Of a stretch of DNA of 64,000 nucleotides, positions 18,111 through 27,572 are shown in pieces. Position 1 is the stretch's first letter. Each line of letters opens with the position of its first letter. A program made the position numbers and the translations under genes. The notes beneath the pieces are model-generated. The model had not been told where the DNA came from, made no database searches, and saw only the letters and a list, made by a program, of their open reading frames with translations. The stretch is from Henriciella sp. (GTDB lineage: Bacteria > Pseudomonadota > Alphaproteobacteria > Caulobacterales > Hyphomonadaceae): positions 13,059 through 77,058 of the forward strand of contig JAEPOM010000015.1 of assembly GCA_017642885.1 (NCBI GenBank). Reading direction: 5' to 3'.

Positions 18111-18577
18111 TCTTCACCATCCAGGTCTGCGATCAGGGCGTCGCCAAAGCTTTCCGGGCGTGCGGTCGCTTCAGGAGCGTTCACCCCCAAAGCGACCGAT
18201 TGAGCGCCCGTGCTTCGTGAGACCGGGTCAGAGGACCGTTCTCGCGCGCCCAAACTTGCTCGGACCGTCTCTGTGAGGTCCGGGATATCACCTGCCAGCA
18301 CCGCTTCTTTCACGACAACGATGTAGCCTTGCGCCTCAAGCGCCTGAAGCGAGGTTTCAATCTCGGTTGCGACTGTGTCGATCCAGACTGATGCGCTCGT
18401 CTCGCTCGCATTTTGTGCGAGCAACCAGTCGCGCTCTTCTTCAATCAGTGTCTTCACCGAGACTGAGACGAGCTTGGGTTGAGCGCTCCAGGTCCGAAGC
18501 GACGCGGCTAAAGCGATTACAGCTAGGCAAAGCGCGACGCCTGCCGTTATTTCCGCGAGCGAGACAGACCGGCTCAT
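18107..18577 (-). CDS. trbI: F-type TrbI-like protein
   Basis: N-terminal TM, VSVSVKTLIEE, YIVVVKEAVLAGDIPDLTETVR; position after traC. Confidence 0.7.
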   Translation of the reverse strand: MSRSVSLAEITAGVALCLAVIALAASLRTWSAQPKLVSVSVKTLIEEERDWLLAQNASETSASVWIDTVATEIETSLQALEAQGYIVVVKEAVLAGDIPDLTETVRASLGARERSSDPVSRSTGAQSVALGVNAPEATARPESFGDALIADLDGEE

Positions 18578-18900
18578 GACACCCGCTCCCGCTCGGCGGC
18601 GCGCATCGCGAAGAAGGCCGGCAGTCTTAAGAGGCAGACAATGACAAATAGCCCGAACAGAGCGAGCCATAAGCCGTCCAGAAGCGCGTCACGGTTCTCG
18701 CGCCAGATTACGTGGTCGATGAAGTTCTCGATGGTCATCAGGCCATCGCGAAGATCAAAACCGCGATAGAGGAGCGGGATGGCGACAAGGGCACCGAGCG
18801 CGACGAGAGCATTCTCGAACGCCCACGCGGCCGACTTCATGGCAAGACGGAACCGTTTATGCGTGAGCCATCTCAAGCGGGAAAGACTTGCTTGTTTCAT
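18574..18900 (-). CDS. Small two-TM hypothetical protein in the tra operon
   Basis: Overlaps traC and trbI by 4 nt each; two hydrophobic segments. Confidence 0.65.
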   Translation of the reverse strand: MKQASLSRLRWLTHKRFRLAMKSAAWAFENALVALGALVAIPLLYRGFDLRDGLMTIENFIDHVIWRENRDALLDGLWLALFGLFVIVCLLRLPAFFAMRAAERERVS

Positions 18901-21491
18901 GCGATGTCTCCTTTGCTCGCGATCAGTGTGACGGCGTCAGCGATCGGCACATTCATTTCCGCCAGACGTTTGAATTCGGCGAAGACTTCTGGGTCGGATG
19001 AATAGGCAACAAGGCTGCTGGCATCGAGCGCCAAGCGCCCAAGGCAGCGAAACCCGCCCGCCCCGCGAATGAGCGCTTCGGAGAACGCGCCTTTCACCGT
19101 CTTCAGCGACTTGATCGCCGCTTCGAGACCGGGATCGAGTTCAACCAGGCTCGCGGCGCGCAATTGTTCGACCGCGTCATCCTTCATGCGCATGAAGATG
19201 GTCCAGTCAGAGTTCTGGAAAGCGAGCTTGGCGCCTTCAGACTTGTTGACGTCTTCAATGGACTGGGTCGCGGTAATGAGGGCGGCATTATACTTCCGAC
19301 AGCGCCGGGCAAAGCCTTCGATAAATCCGGCAGCTTCGCCATCACCAAGAATTTGCCAGGCTTCATCCATCATAAGGACTTTGCGCTGGGACCGATTGGT
19401 GCGCATGGTCGCGTCGACCAACAAAAGTAGGCAGTAAATGACGAGGCGGCGCAGCTGTTTGTCGGTGCCAAGTTCGGAGAGCTCATAGACGGTGAAAGGA
19501 TTGTCGATGCGGATGCTGGCCGGCCGCGCAAAGAAGTCGCCATAGGCCCCGTCTGAGCGAAACGGCGCGAGCGCCTGGGCCATATCCGCGCCGCGCTCTC
19601 CATGGGATTTGAGGCGCTCGACCACGTGGTCAGGTGATCCGGCGCCGCGATGATCGGCCCAGACGCTTTCAACGACCTCCATCATCAGACCGCGCTCAGC
19701 GGGATCGGGTTTCTCTCCCTGAAAGGCTGCTTCCAGCATGAAGCCGGTAATGCCGACTTTGGCGTCGCGCTCGCCGTCGGAATCCAGCCCATCGCCGAAC
19801 AGGCTGAATGGGTTTAGCGAGACCTTTTTCTCCGTTGAAAACGTCACGCATTTGCCGCCCTGTAGCCGCGCGGACTGAGCAAAGGAATAGCCATCGTCCA
19901 GAACGACCACGACATCGCCGGTGGCGGCATGGGCGCTTGCGAGTTCCTGCAGCAAAACAGACTTGCCAGAGCCTGACGCGCCGAAGATGCCAACATTGTG
20001 GTTGCCTTCCCCGACATTCTGGAAAGGCGACCACATCCAGGGCTGGCCGCGGCGACCAACCATGAGCAGAACCGGCTGATCAGAGCCGCGCGGCTCGCCA
20101 TGCAGCGGGGCCAGCGCGATTGCGGTCTGGGCCACCATGCGCCGCGTTAATTGTAAGGCTTTTAGATCCTTGATCGCGCCGTCCCCGCCATTCATCGGCA
20201 TACAGGCGGCGAGGAGCGGTCTCTGGATCCGGCTGCCTTTGGCAATATCGAGGCCGAGATTCTTATAGATCGAGCGCACCGACCGGTCGGCCTTCTCAAT
20301 GTCTTCGGCTGGCGCGAGCACGCTGACGGTATGGGCGGCGCGCACAAGCCGATCGCCGGATTGAAGCTCGCTCACCACATCGCGCCAAGCCTGGGCTTTT
20401 TCTCCGAGCGATGGATCTATTTTCGCCATCGGGCCTTCAGCGGAGCGAACCGAAGAGGCGAGCTTGGTCGACGCATAGGAATTGGTAAGATCCGCGCCGC
20501 CAAAGCTGAGGGTCATGCAGGAGAGCACTGAGCCGGAATGGCGCAGCGTGTCCGTGGTCGGATGGCCGATCAGGAGCGGCGCGGTCCAGCTGGAAATTAG
20601 CTGCGGATAGGCGCGGATCTGAAACATGCGCCATTCGAAAGCGTCACGTTCAACCTCCAGGGATCTCGGATTAAGCGTCTCGGTTTTCACCCCGAGCCCG
20701 CTCGACCCAACCGCATATTCGGTATCATCGCGAACGCATTGAACATCCAACATGCGTTTCTCATCGAAGCGCGCCTCAGTGCCCCATGCGCCGCGTCTTG
20801 GATTGAGCACATCATCCATGAGGGCGACGAGGCCGCTACCATCGAGCCGGCCATGCGCCACACGCGCGGTGCCAAGCGTGCCTTCCAGTTTATCGCGCAA
20901 CGCTTGAAGTTCGAACACATCCGCGGCGCTCGGTTTGCCGGGAAAGGACAGCGCCACAAAGGCGCGCCATTCGCGCACCAGGAATGGTGATGCATTGGTG
21001 AGGCTCGTCCACGCGGCTTTTTCAAGCAAGGTCGAGCGCGCGTCTGCGATGGCGCCGTAAACACCGCCGCGCGCCCGGCGTGGGGCCGCCCAGTCTTCAA
21101 TGATGGGCGCAATACGCGGAGAAGACCAGTTGATGAACTGAACGACGCCGCGCGTCATTGAATCTTCGGTCGCCCATTCTTTTAAGAGCGAGATGAAGCT
21201 GTCATCGCCATTTGCGACCGGGGCGAGTTCGACAATCCACCCGGTCGAGGCGCGATTGTGGAAGAGCATGGTTTCCGGATCATACATACGGTAAGGCAAC
21301 ATGGCGCTCAGCCGATCGCGATGCTCCAACTCCCGGAAGCTCTCAACAAACCCGTCCGCGCCGAGGAGCCCGCCGCCAATCCGGCCGAGCCAGGCTGAGG
21401 CGCGTTCCAGAACGCCGCCAATCTTGGCCTTATCGGGCGCGTAGCCTTCTTCGCGCGCAGCGGCGTCTGCGTGATGGTGATCATACGCCAT
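18897..21491 (-). CDS. traC: VirB4-like ATPase TraC
   Basis: Walker A GASGSGKS, Walker B LMMDEAW, ARRCRKYNAALITATQS; 864 aa. Confidence 0.96.
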   Translation of the reverse strand: MAYDHHHADAAAREEGYAPDKAKIGGVLERASAWLGRIGGGLLGADGFVESFRELEHRDRLSAMLPYRMYDPETMLFHNRASTGWIVELAPVANGDDSFISLLKEWATEDSMTRGVVQFINWSSPRIAPIIEDWAAPRRARGGVYGAIADARSTLLEKAAWTSLTNASPFLVREWRAFVALSFPGKPSAADVFELQALRDKLEGTLGTARVAHGRLDGSGLVALMDDVLNPRRGAWGTEARFDEKRMLDVQCVRDDTEYAVGSSGLGVKTETLNPRSLEVERDAFEWRMFQIRAYPQLISSWTAPLLIGHPTTDTLRHSGSVLSCMTLSFGGADLTNSYASTKLASSVRSAEGPMAKIDPSLGEKAQAWRDVVSELQSGDRLVRAAHTVSVLAPAEDIEKADRSVRSIYKNLGLDIAKGSRIQRPLLAACMPMNGGDGAIKDLKALQLTRRMVAQTAIALAPLHGEPRGSDQPVLLMVGRRGQPWMWSPFQNVGEGNHNVGIFGASGSGKSVLLQELASAHAATGDVVVVLDDGYSFAQSARLQGGKCVTFSTEKKVSLNPFSLFGDGLDSDGERDAKVGITGFMLEAAFQGEKPDPAERGLMMEVVESVWADHRGAGSPDHVVERLKSHGERGADMAQALAPFRSDGAYGDFFARPASIRIDNPFTVYELSELGTDKQLRRLVIYCLLLLVDATMRTNRSQRKVLMMDEAWQILGDGEAAGFIEGFARRCRKYNAALITATQSIEDVNKSEGAKLAFQNSDWTIFMRMKDDAVEQLRAASLVELDPGLEAAIKSLKTVKGAFSEALIRGAGGFRCLGRLALDASSLVAYSSDPEVFAEFKRLAEMNVPIADAVTLIASKGDIA

Positions 21492-22558
21492 CAGTCGAGC
21501 ACCCAGTCAGCAGGTTCAACTTCGAGCCAGATGATTTTGCGTTCATGGAAAACGCCGCGAGCATCAACAAAGGCCGAAATCACCACAGGTAGAATTTTTG
21601 CAGCTTTTCGCCGTGGGCCGGTCTCAGCAGCCTCGACGAAGGCTGGTATTGGATCGCTTGTGATCTCTTCCTTCGACGGCGAGACCCGGCGCGTGGCGTC
21701 ACTCGCAGCAGATGCGGTGATGACGGTGATTGTTTCAGCCCCGCCCTCCAGCGCGGTCGGCACCCCGCGAAAGGGGTCCACAAGTTCGGTCACCCGCTCG
21801 TCAGGCGGTATCTCGACGCCGTTTTGGCTGACTATGGTCCGAGTTACCCGTCCAGCGGTCAATGACGCAGCGCTGATCCCAGTTTCCTTGAACTCTGAAA
21901 CATCAGAGTTTGCGTCCAAGGCTTTTACATCGCTAAGCGCAGAAACATTCAGAGCGTCGCTGAGGCGTTCGCCGCCTGAATCGACGGATGCGGTTAGCAG
22001 CGGCGCGGGCTCTGGGGTCGGCTCGTCGGATATGCCGGTTTCTATCACATCGCCAAGCCTGTCGCTCAGGACGGCAAACTGCGCGCTGGCGGCAGCTTCG
22101 GGAAAAGCGGATATAAAGGGATCATCTTCCCGGGCACTGTTGGCGTCCGATCTGCCCGACATCACCGCATCAATGCTGAAGGCGCTTGGACCGCCGATCA
22201 CCGCGCTGGCGGCAAGCGCCTGCTCGTCTGCATAGCTCGTCTCCAGGAAAGGGCGACCCTGCTCAATCTCTTTTTCGAAGAAGTCCCGGTCCAAGGGGCG
22301 CACATCTTGTAAGAGCTCCGGCGTAGCCGAGAGCGGCAGCGTCTCGATTGGATACCCTGATACGGGGCCGGCTTCGGCGGGGTCGCCGCCAAGTTCAGTG
22401 ATGGTGATCTGATCGATCGTATCGGTGCGGGCGCAGACCCCGTCCTGGCGCTGACAGCTCCAGTCCTGAAACCAGGTCGTTTCTGATGAGAGGACACCGC
22501 CAAAACTTGAGCAGCCTCCAAGAGAGAAGAGCGTTAAGACAATTAAAGACAGACGCAT
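21491..22558 (-). CDS. traV: TraV-like lipoprotein with a long internal acidic low-complexity region
   Basis: Lipobox LGGC; WSCQRQDGVCARTDTID; C-terminal RRKAAKILPVVISAFVDARGVFHERKIIWLEVEPADW. Confidence 0.8.
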   Translation of the reverse strand: MRLSLIVLTLFSLGGCSSFGGVLSSETTWFQDWSCQRQDGVCARTDTIDQITITELGGDPAEAGPVSGYPIETLPLSATPELLQDVRPLDRDFFEKEIEQGRPFLETSYADEQALAASAVIGGPSAFSIDAVMSGRSDANSAREDDPFISAFPEAAASAQFAVLSDRLGDVIETGISDEPTPEPAPLLTASVDSGGERLSDALNVSALSDVKALDANSDVSEFKETGISAASLTAGRVTRTIVSQNGVEIPPDERVTELVDPFRGVPTALEGGAETITVITASAASDATRRVSPSKEEITSDPIPAFVEAAETGPRRKAAKILPVVISAFVDARGVFHERKIIWLEVEPADWVLD

Positions 22559-22579
22559 GGGTTTGGCTCCTTGGAAGGC

Positions 22580-22945
22580 TCAGCTCATCAAATTTGCCGT
22601 GCTTGAAACGGCGACGGCGGATGAGAGCGTTTGAGAGAGGGCGACGGCGACCGCGGCGCTTAAGGCTGCGAGGTAGACACCGATGCTGTGCTGCCGGGTT
22701 GCAAAAGCGCGGATGGCAGCGACGGCGAGGCTTCCGGCAATCAGCGCAGCGGTGGCGAGATAAATCGTGTCGAAGCCAGCGCTCCGGTGCATGAAAGCAA
22801 GGCTCGCTGCGAGCGTTCCAATCACCATCATGATCAGATTGTATGTATAGGCAGAGGCCGGTTCACGGTCGCGGCTGACCGCAAACCCCGTCATCGAGCC
22901 GCCCATACAGGCCCCTGCGGCCAAGAGTTCGAGACTTCCAAGCAT
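22580..22945 (-). CDS. Small multi-pass membrane hypothetical protein in the tra operon
   Basis: 121 aa with about 4 hydrophobic helices; start overlaps the dsbC stop. Confidence 0.6.
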   Translation of the reverse strand: MLGSLELLAAGACMGGSMTGFAVSRDREPASAYTYNLIMMVIGTLAASLAFMHRSAGFDTIYLATAALIAGSLAVAAIRAFATRQHSIGVYLAALSAAVAVALSQTLSSAVAVSSTANLMS

Positions 22946-23682
22946 TATTCAGCTCCTTTCAGCCAGGCATCGAGTTCTTCCGGCGGCAACATTCCGTAGC
23001 GAATAGCGCCGTCGTCTCGGATAAGAATTGGCGTGCCCGACAGGCCGAGCTGGCGCGCCGCGCGTTCGTTGCGCGCAACGGCCATGGCGCGTTCGCATGA
23101 GGCTCCGGGCTGGAGCGCACGCATATAGGCTTGATAGAGCGCGGTTTCGGGATCACGCGCACAATAGACCGCTTCTGGGATGGCGCGCCCGCCCACCGTG
23201 CCGACCAGATAGACGTCGGCCTGGACATCGCCGAGCGCAATTACGGCGTCCGCGAGCTGCGCGCAGTAAGGGCAGCCAGGATCGGCGAGAACCGAAAGAT
23301 GACGTGGCCCCTCGCCTGTTACAATTGCATCTTCCGGTCGAAAGGCCTGGCCGAGGCCGCCGGGTAAAGCCTGCGGCGGCCGGCTTGCAACCGAAGCGGT
23401 GCGAACCGACGCTTGCCCGCCATCCAGAGCATCAAGGCGGTCATCGGTCAGCGACCGTCCAAGCTGTAAGTCAAAGACCCGCCCAATCACCATGATGCGC
23501 GCATCGGGCGTGGTATAGAAGACCGATTTTCCCGCCACCACTTCGCAAAGCGGCGCGGCCAGCGCGCAATCGACGGTCTCGATCGCCGTGTTTGGAAACG
23601 CCGCGCGGATGACAGATTCGTCGCCATGCGCGGACACGCCAAACGCAGCGAGACTAAGAGATAAGAAAGCTGCCCGGATCAT
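22945..23682 (-). CDS. dsbC: DsbC-like thiol:disulfide isomerase of the F-type T4SS
   Basis: Signal peptide; N-terminal dimerisation region (LCEVVAGKSVFYTTPDAR); DPGCPYC; GLSGTPILI. Confidence 0.88.
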   Translation of the reverse strand: MIRAAFLSLSLAAFGVSAHGDESVIRAAFPNTAIETVDCALAAPLCEVVAGKSVFYTTPDARIMVIGRVFDLQLGRSLTDDRLDALDGGQASVRTASVASRPPQALPGGLGQAFRPEDAIVTGEGPRHLSVLADPGCPYCAQLADAVIALGDVQADVYLVGTVGGRAIPEAVYCARDPETALYQAYMRALQPGASCERAMAVARNERAARQLGLSGTPILIRDDGAIRYGMLPPEELDAWLKGAE

Positions 23683-24956
23683 GGCTGACCTCCCTCATCA
23701 TGGACATCGCGCACGGTTGATCCTGAGACAAAGACAAGCTCCACAGCGACACCGGCGGGAAGCTCAATGACGCTGTCATAGTCTTCTGCCTGCTCGATCA
23801 GGAAATCGGCGATCCGATCGGACGCTGATGACAGCCCGCCGCCGATGCCTCCGCGGATCAGTTCTTCCGGGCTGAGGCTTCGGTCTTCTGTGCCTGTATA
23901 AGGCGTGTAGGCGAGCTGCGTATTCGCGCCGAGCGCGTCGCCAAACCCGCCAACGAAGGATGCGAGCAGTGCCTGTTTGATGAAGGCGCCCTCTCGGCGA
24001 ATAACCCGGCCGCGCACACCGACTTTGCCAAATTGCGCGACATAGCCTTCGACGGCGGTTTCAACGACTTCCCCGCTCTCTCGAAGGCATGTCATTTTCT
24101 GGAGCCGGATCAGAACCCGCTCAGAGGAGAGATCCGGTGTTGCCGCACCATTGACCTGGCATCCTGTGAGATTGGTCTCCAGCGGGGCGCCATCTTCCAG
24201 GACAGATTTAGCGGGCCCCGTGATGCGGAGAAGGACGGGGAGCGGATCGCTTGTGTCTTCTGATCCAGCTGGCATATCGACGGTGACCAGGAAGGTCGCC
24301 GGCGCATAAGCATTGGTCGGCACCCAGTCAGCAACATCGCCGCGGGTGAGGCCATGCGTCGTTTCCATTGGAGGGCGCGCAAACGCCTCCATCTGCGTTG
24401 CGACAGCTGATCGATACGCAATCGGTTCGGCGGCGAGGTCGCCGTCGCCCGGCTCAAACCTTTCGATCTGAACCGAGCGGCGGCGCCGGATTTGAGGAGC
24501 AGCGGGTGCTGACGCCGCGAGCTCCCCATCCGGTGTGGCAGTGGTTGGAGAAACGGGTGGGCGCGCGACGCTCAAACGGCGTGTCAGATCATCATTCGAG
24601 CGTTGAAGGCGCAGCATCTCAGCCCGAAGGTCTTCGATTTCGCGGGCGGTTTCGGGCGTGATGCCTGCGTCAGGTTGAGCGACCTGGCTGCTAATGGCTG
24701 CCAATTGCTCTTCTACGAATTTGAGCCGGGCTTCGCCACCGGTCACCCATTGCGCTTCTGCATCGCGTGGATCGACGGACGACAATCTTGTCTTGCTGGC
24801 CGCTTCGCGCGCCCTGTCTTCCGGGTTGGACGGGGCCATGAGCACATAAGCGAGGCCGCCTGCGAACAATATCCCGATCAGGCCGAATGCGAGGAAACGT
24901 TGGCGATTGGCGAACCTTTTATTCGCGTGAATATCAGTGTCTGAAAATTCGCTCAT
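23679..24956 (-). CDS. traB: VirB10-like TraB
   Basis: TM, coiled coil and Pro-rich linker; WVPTNAYAPA, GCQVNGAATPDLSSERVLIRLQKMTC, GKVGVRGRVIRREG, VIELPAGVAVELVF. Confidence 0.93.
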   Translation of the reverse strand: MSEFSDTDIHANKRFANRQRFLAFGLIGILFAGGLAYVLMAPSNPEDRAREAASKTRLSSVDPRDAEAQWVTGGEARLKFVEEQLAAISSQVAQPDAGITPETAREIEDLRAEMLRLQRSNDDLTRRLSVARPPVSPTTATPDGELAASAPAAPQIRRRRSVQIERFEPGDGDLAAEPIAYRSAVATQMEAFARPPMETTHGLTRGDVADWVPTNAYAPATFLVTVDMPAGSEDTSDPLPVLLRITGPAKSVLEDGAPLETNLTGCQVNGAATPDLSSERVLIRLQKMTCLRESGEVVETAVEGYVAQFGKVGVRGRVIRREGAFIKQALLASFVGGFGDALGANTQLAYTPYTGTEDRSLSPEELIRGGIGGGLSSASDRIADFLIEQAEDYDSVIELPAGVAVELVFVSGSTVRDVHDEGGQP

Positions 24957-25738
24957 GGCTGACCTCCTTTAACGACGAGGAAGATTTGAGCGGTTTGTCG
25001 GCGCGCGACGGGGTCTTGATCGCCGGTTGCAGCGACCACGTTGAACACGGCGAGACGCCCATAATTGATGCGTGTTGGCGCGGTGGCTTCATTGCGAACG
25101 GTGACGGCGTAGCCGGTGGCGCCATTGCCGGCCCATTCAATTACGCCGCGTTGCGAAAAGCCCTGGGCTGAAAGCGGGCCTTCAAGCCAATCGAGCCGGC
25201 GATAGCGCCTCGTTTCAAAGCCAGTCACCCGCGCACCTGAATACATGGCTCGGATCAAAACCGATGACAGATCGACAACAGGGGTTTCGACGGGCCCGAT
25301 AGAAGCCGTGGAGCTCATCGAAAGGTTTGCAGCGAGGACATTTTCGCCCCGCTCAAGCGAGGGATCATTATTTTGAGGCGCTGCGATCTCCACCTGCAAG
25401 GTAGGCACATCACGCACGCCCATCATGACCTGATAGGTTTGCCCGCCTTCTGTTGTGACGAAAAAGGACAGGTTTGCCAGGGCGTTCTCGCCGATGACAA
25501 TGTAGAGATCGCCGGTCGCCGCATCTTTGGTGGCTGAGAAGTCACCTTCAGGATCGCCTTCCGCGATCTTTTGGACGGATGCGGCGCGGTCATCCTCGAA
25601 CGCGATCCGCGTCATACCCGTCCGCGACGCGTCGAGCGTAACGACGCCATTCGGCGCTGGCTCGATCACCTGTTGCGCATTTGCAGACAGTATAATGGCC
25701 GGTATGACGGCTGCGGCGAGCAATAATCTATTGAGCAT
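24953..25738 (-). CDS. traK: TraK (secretin-like core component)
   Basis: Signal peptide; SRTGMTRIAFEDDR, LSFFVTTEGGQTY; position between traE and traB. Confidence 0.85.
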   Translation of the reverse strand: MLNRLLLAAAVIPAIILSANAQQVIEPAPNGVVTLDASRTGMTRIAFEDDRAASVQKIAEGDPEGDFSATKDAATGDLYIVIGENALANLSFFVTTEGGQTYQVMMGVRDVPTLQVEIAAPQNNDPSLERGENVLAANLSMSSTASIGPVETPVVDLSSVLIRAMYSGARVTGFETRRYRRLDWLEGPLSAQGFSQRGVIEWAGNGATGYAVTVRNEATAPTRINYGRLAVFNVVAATGDQDPVARRQTAQIFLVVKGGQP

Positions 25739-26336
25739 CGGTCATCGCCTCGGCGCGAACACGGGCGCCAAGCCCTTCTTGTGGTGTGATTTCTTTGATG
25801 TCCTGGAGGTAAAGCGAGTAGCCTTCTTGGAAGAACTGCATGGCGAGCGTCATTTGTCGCTGATCGACAAGCTTCGTCCCGACAAAGGTTCTGAGTTCTC
25901 CGGTGACCTCGACATAGAGGGTCTTTGGATCCTCATAGACATCGCGCGGATACCAGGCGCGTGATGAGGATCCATCCTGCCAGCGTTCAACGGTTTCCTG
26001 CAGGCCTGCCGAAATCCGTCCTCTTGCCGAGGGGTGGGTCACCGACAGGATGCGCTCTTCGAAATACTCAGCCGTTTCTGGCGTGATGTTCTCAAAGAAG
26101 TAGCTGATTGTGATCGCGGTTTCGCGCAGATAATCGCGTCGAACTTTGCCAGCCTCAACCGTCATCGGGTGATTGGTCAGCGGCACCAGAATGATCTGGT
26201 CTTTCTTCGCTGTCACCGACAAAGACAGAATGACAATCGTGACAAGCGCGACCAGCAACAGGACAAAAGCCACGTTTCGCTGTCGGCCAACCGTGCCGAG
26301 TTGAACAAGGGCGTTATCGGGCGTCATGTCCCTCAC
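25728..26336 (-). CDS. traE: TraE
   Basis: N-terminal TM, IILVP, DYLRETA, ENITPETA, LYVEVTGELRTFVG. Confidence 0.88.
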   Translation of the reverse strand: MRDMTPDNALVQLGTVGRQRNVAFVLLLVALVTIVILSLSVTAKKDQIILVPLTNHPMTVEAGKVRRDYLRETAITISYFFENITPETAEYFEERILSVTHPSARGRISAGLQETVERWQDGSSSRAWYPRDVYEDPKTLYVEVTGELRTFVGTKLVDQRQMTLAMQFFQEGYSLYLQDIKEITPQEGLGARVRAEAMTDAQ

Positions 26337-26635
26337 CCGGCCAAGATACGTTCATGGGACGGCGGAATTGCTTTCCAACGCATCACCGTGTCGGGCAGGA
26401 TCCAATACAGCCAATGCAGAAGCTTGGCAGAGTTCTCTCCGCCTTTAAATTTGCGCATGCCCACAACGACCAGTGCAGCTGTCGGCATGGCGATCCAGAT
26501 TTCCGAGAACATGATCAGAGCGCCAGCGACCCCGACAAAAGCGAGAAATTCGTCAACGGTGAACACCAGAATCTTTTCTGGAAGATCGAGCCATCGGGGG
26601 ACTTTGTAAGTTCGCTCACTCATCGAGGGCTCCAT
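26333..26635 (-). CDS. traL: TraL
   Basis: YKVPRWLDLPEKILVFTVDEF...LLHWLYWILP...PPSHER. Confidence 0.92.
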   Translation of the reverse strand: MEPSMSERTYKVPRWLDLPEKILVFTVDEFLAFVGVAGALIMFSEIWIAMPTAALVVVGMRKFKGGENSAKLLHWLYWILPDTVMRWKAIPPSHERILAG

Positions 26636-26653
26636 GCGATAAAGAAGTTGGGT

Positions 26654-26735
26654 TGAAACGGCCCCGGCTTGAGGGAGAGGCTGCCAGCGGCGAAGTCGGA
26701 GGCTTCAAGACGCCAGATGGACCGGGACCGTTTCA
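26654..26735. repeat. Long-range inverted repeat in the traA-traL spacer
   Basis: tgaaacggccccgg (26654-26667) vs ccgggaccgtttca (26722-26735): 13 of 14 complementary; inner cttga/tcaag also pair. Confidence 0.6.
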
Positions 26736-26739
26736 TCTC

Positions 26740-27138
26740 TCAGGACACCTCAAGAGGTAGAGACGCCGCATCTACAATTTGGATTTGCGCTTCGATTTGC
26801 GCGGGCGCGTCGGGCAGTTCTGCTGCCACAGCCGTCAGAACGATCGGCCCGCCAATACCCACCAGGAGCCCGATACCAGCCGGCACGAGGATTGTTCCAA
26901 TCGACATCCGGGCGATCGCCCCGGCGGCGGCGTATCCGAGTGCGATGAGTGTGATGATCCGGCCGCCCGAACCCGCGAGCCAGTCGCCAAGCTGGGTTTC
27001 GGCCGCTGCGAATGTCGTGTCGCCGCCAGCCATAGCGACCCCGGCCAGCACGGTGCCGGCGAGCGCTGCTGCGCCTAGCGCACCGACAGCGCCGAGCCCT
27101 CGACTAAAAGAAGATTTAAGAATAGAACCAGACGCCAT
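26740..27138 (-). CDS. traA: Conjugative pilin TraA
   Basis: Long leader ending AMA, GGDTTFAAAETQLGDWLAGSGGRII, two hydrophobic helices; first gene of the operon; GGAG RBS. Confidence 0.82.
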   Translation of the reverse strand: MASGSILKSSFSRGLGAVGALGAAALAGTVLAGVAMAGGDTTFAAAETQLGDWLAGSGGRIITLIALGYAAAGAIARMSIGTILVPAGIGLLVGIGGPIVLTAVAAELPDAPAQIEAQIQIVDAASLPLEVS

Positions 27139-27266
27139 TTGCGTAACTCCAGGTTTAAGGAAGACGCGGTCTTCACGAAGCCTGGAAATTAACGGGCGCT
27201 ATTCATCATTCGTCAATATTCGCCAATTTTCGGCAAATATTCTGCAAGTGTTTCAAAAAAGTGATT

Positions 27267-27302
27267 TCAGAATGAATTATTCTCAGAATGAATATTTCAT
27301 TC
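27267..27302. promoter_or_regulatory. Candidate operators in the AT-rich traA/XRE divergent promoter region
   Basis: Direct repeat tcagaatgaat at 27267 and 27283; perfect 7-3-7 palindrome gaatgaa-tat-ttcattc at 27286-27302. Confidence 0.5.
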
Positions 27303-27572
27303 CTGAGGTGATTTATAAATTATGGGTGACGATATTAAAACTGCGTCAAACGGGGCCGAAAAAGAGCAACTGCGACAGCTTGTCGCGATTGGTCATCCTC
27401 AAATACAGTCTGTTTTTCGCCTAAGCGGAGAATAATATAGCCTAAATAAATCGATTCATTTCAAAGACAAGTTGCGTAACTAGTTATGGTCAGCTAGCGT
27501 TCACTTGAGGTGGAAGCTGTAGAGTGCCTATGGCGGAAAAGGAGACGGAGACAGAAGAAAGGGGGGACAAGA

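Noticed and set aside
26669-27424. 251-aa plus-strand ORF
   Set aside because: Antisense shadow of traA running into the AT-rich promoter; no recognisable domain
27139-27510. Possible oriT in the traA upstream spacer
   Set aside because: No recognisable nic-site consensus; the repeats are better explained as operators
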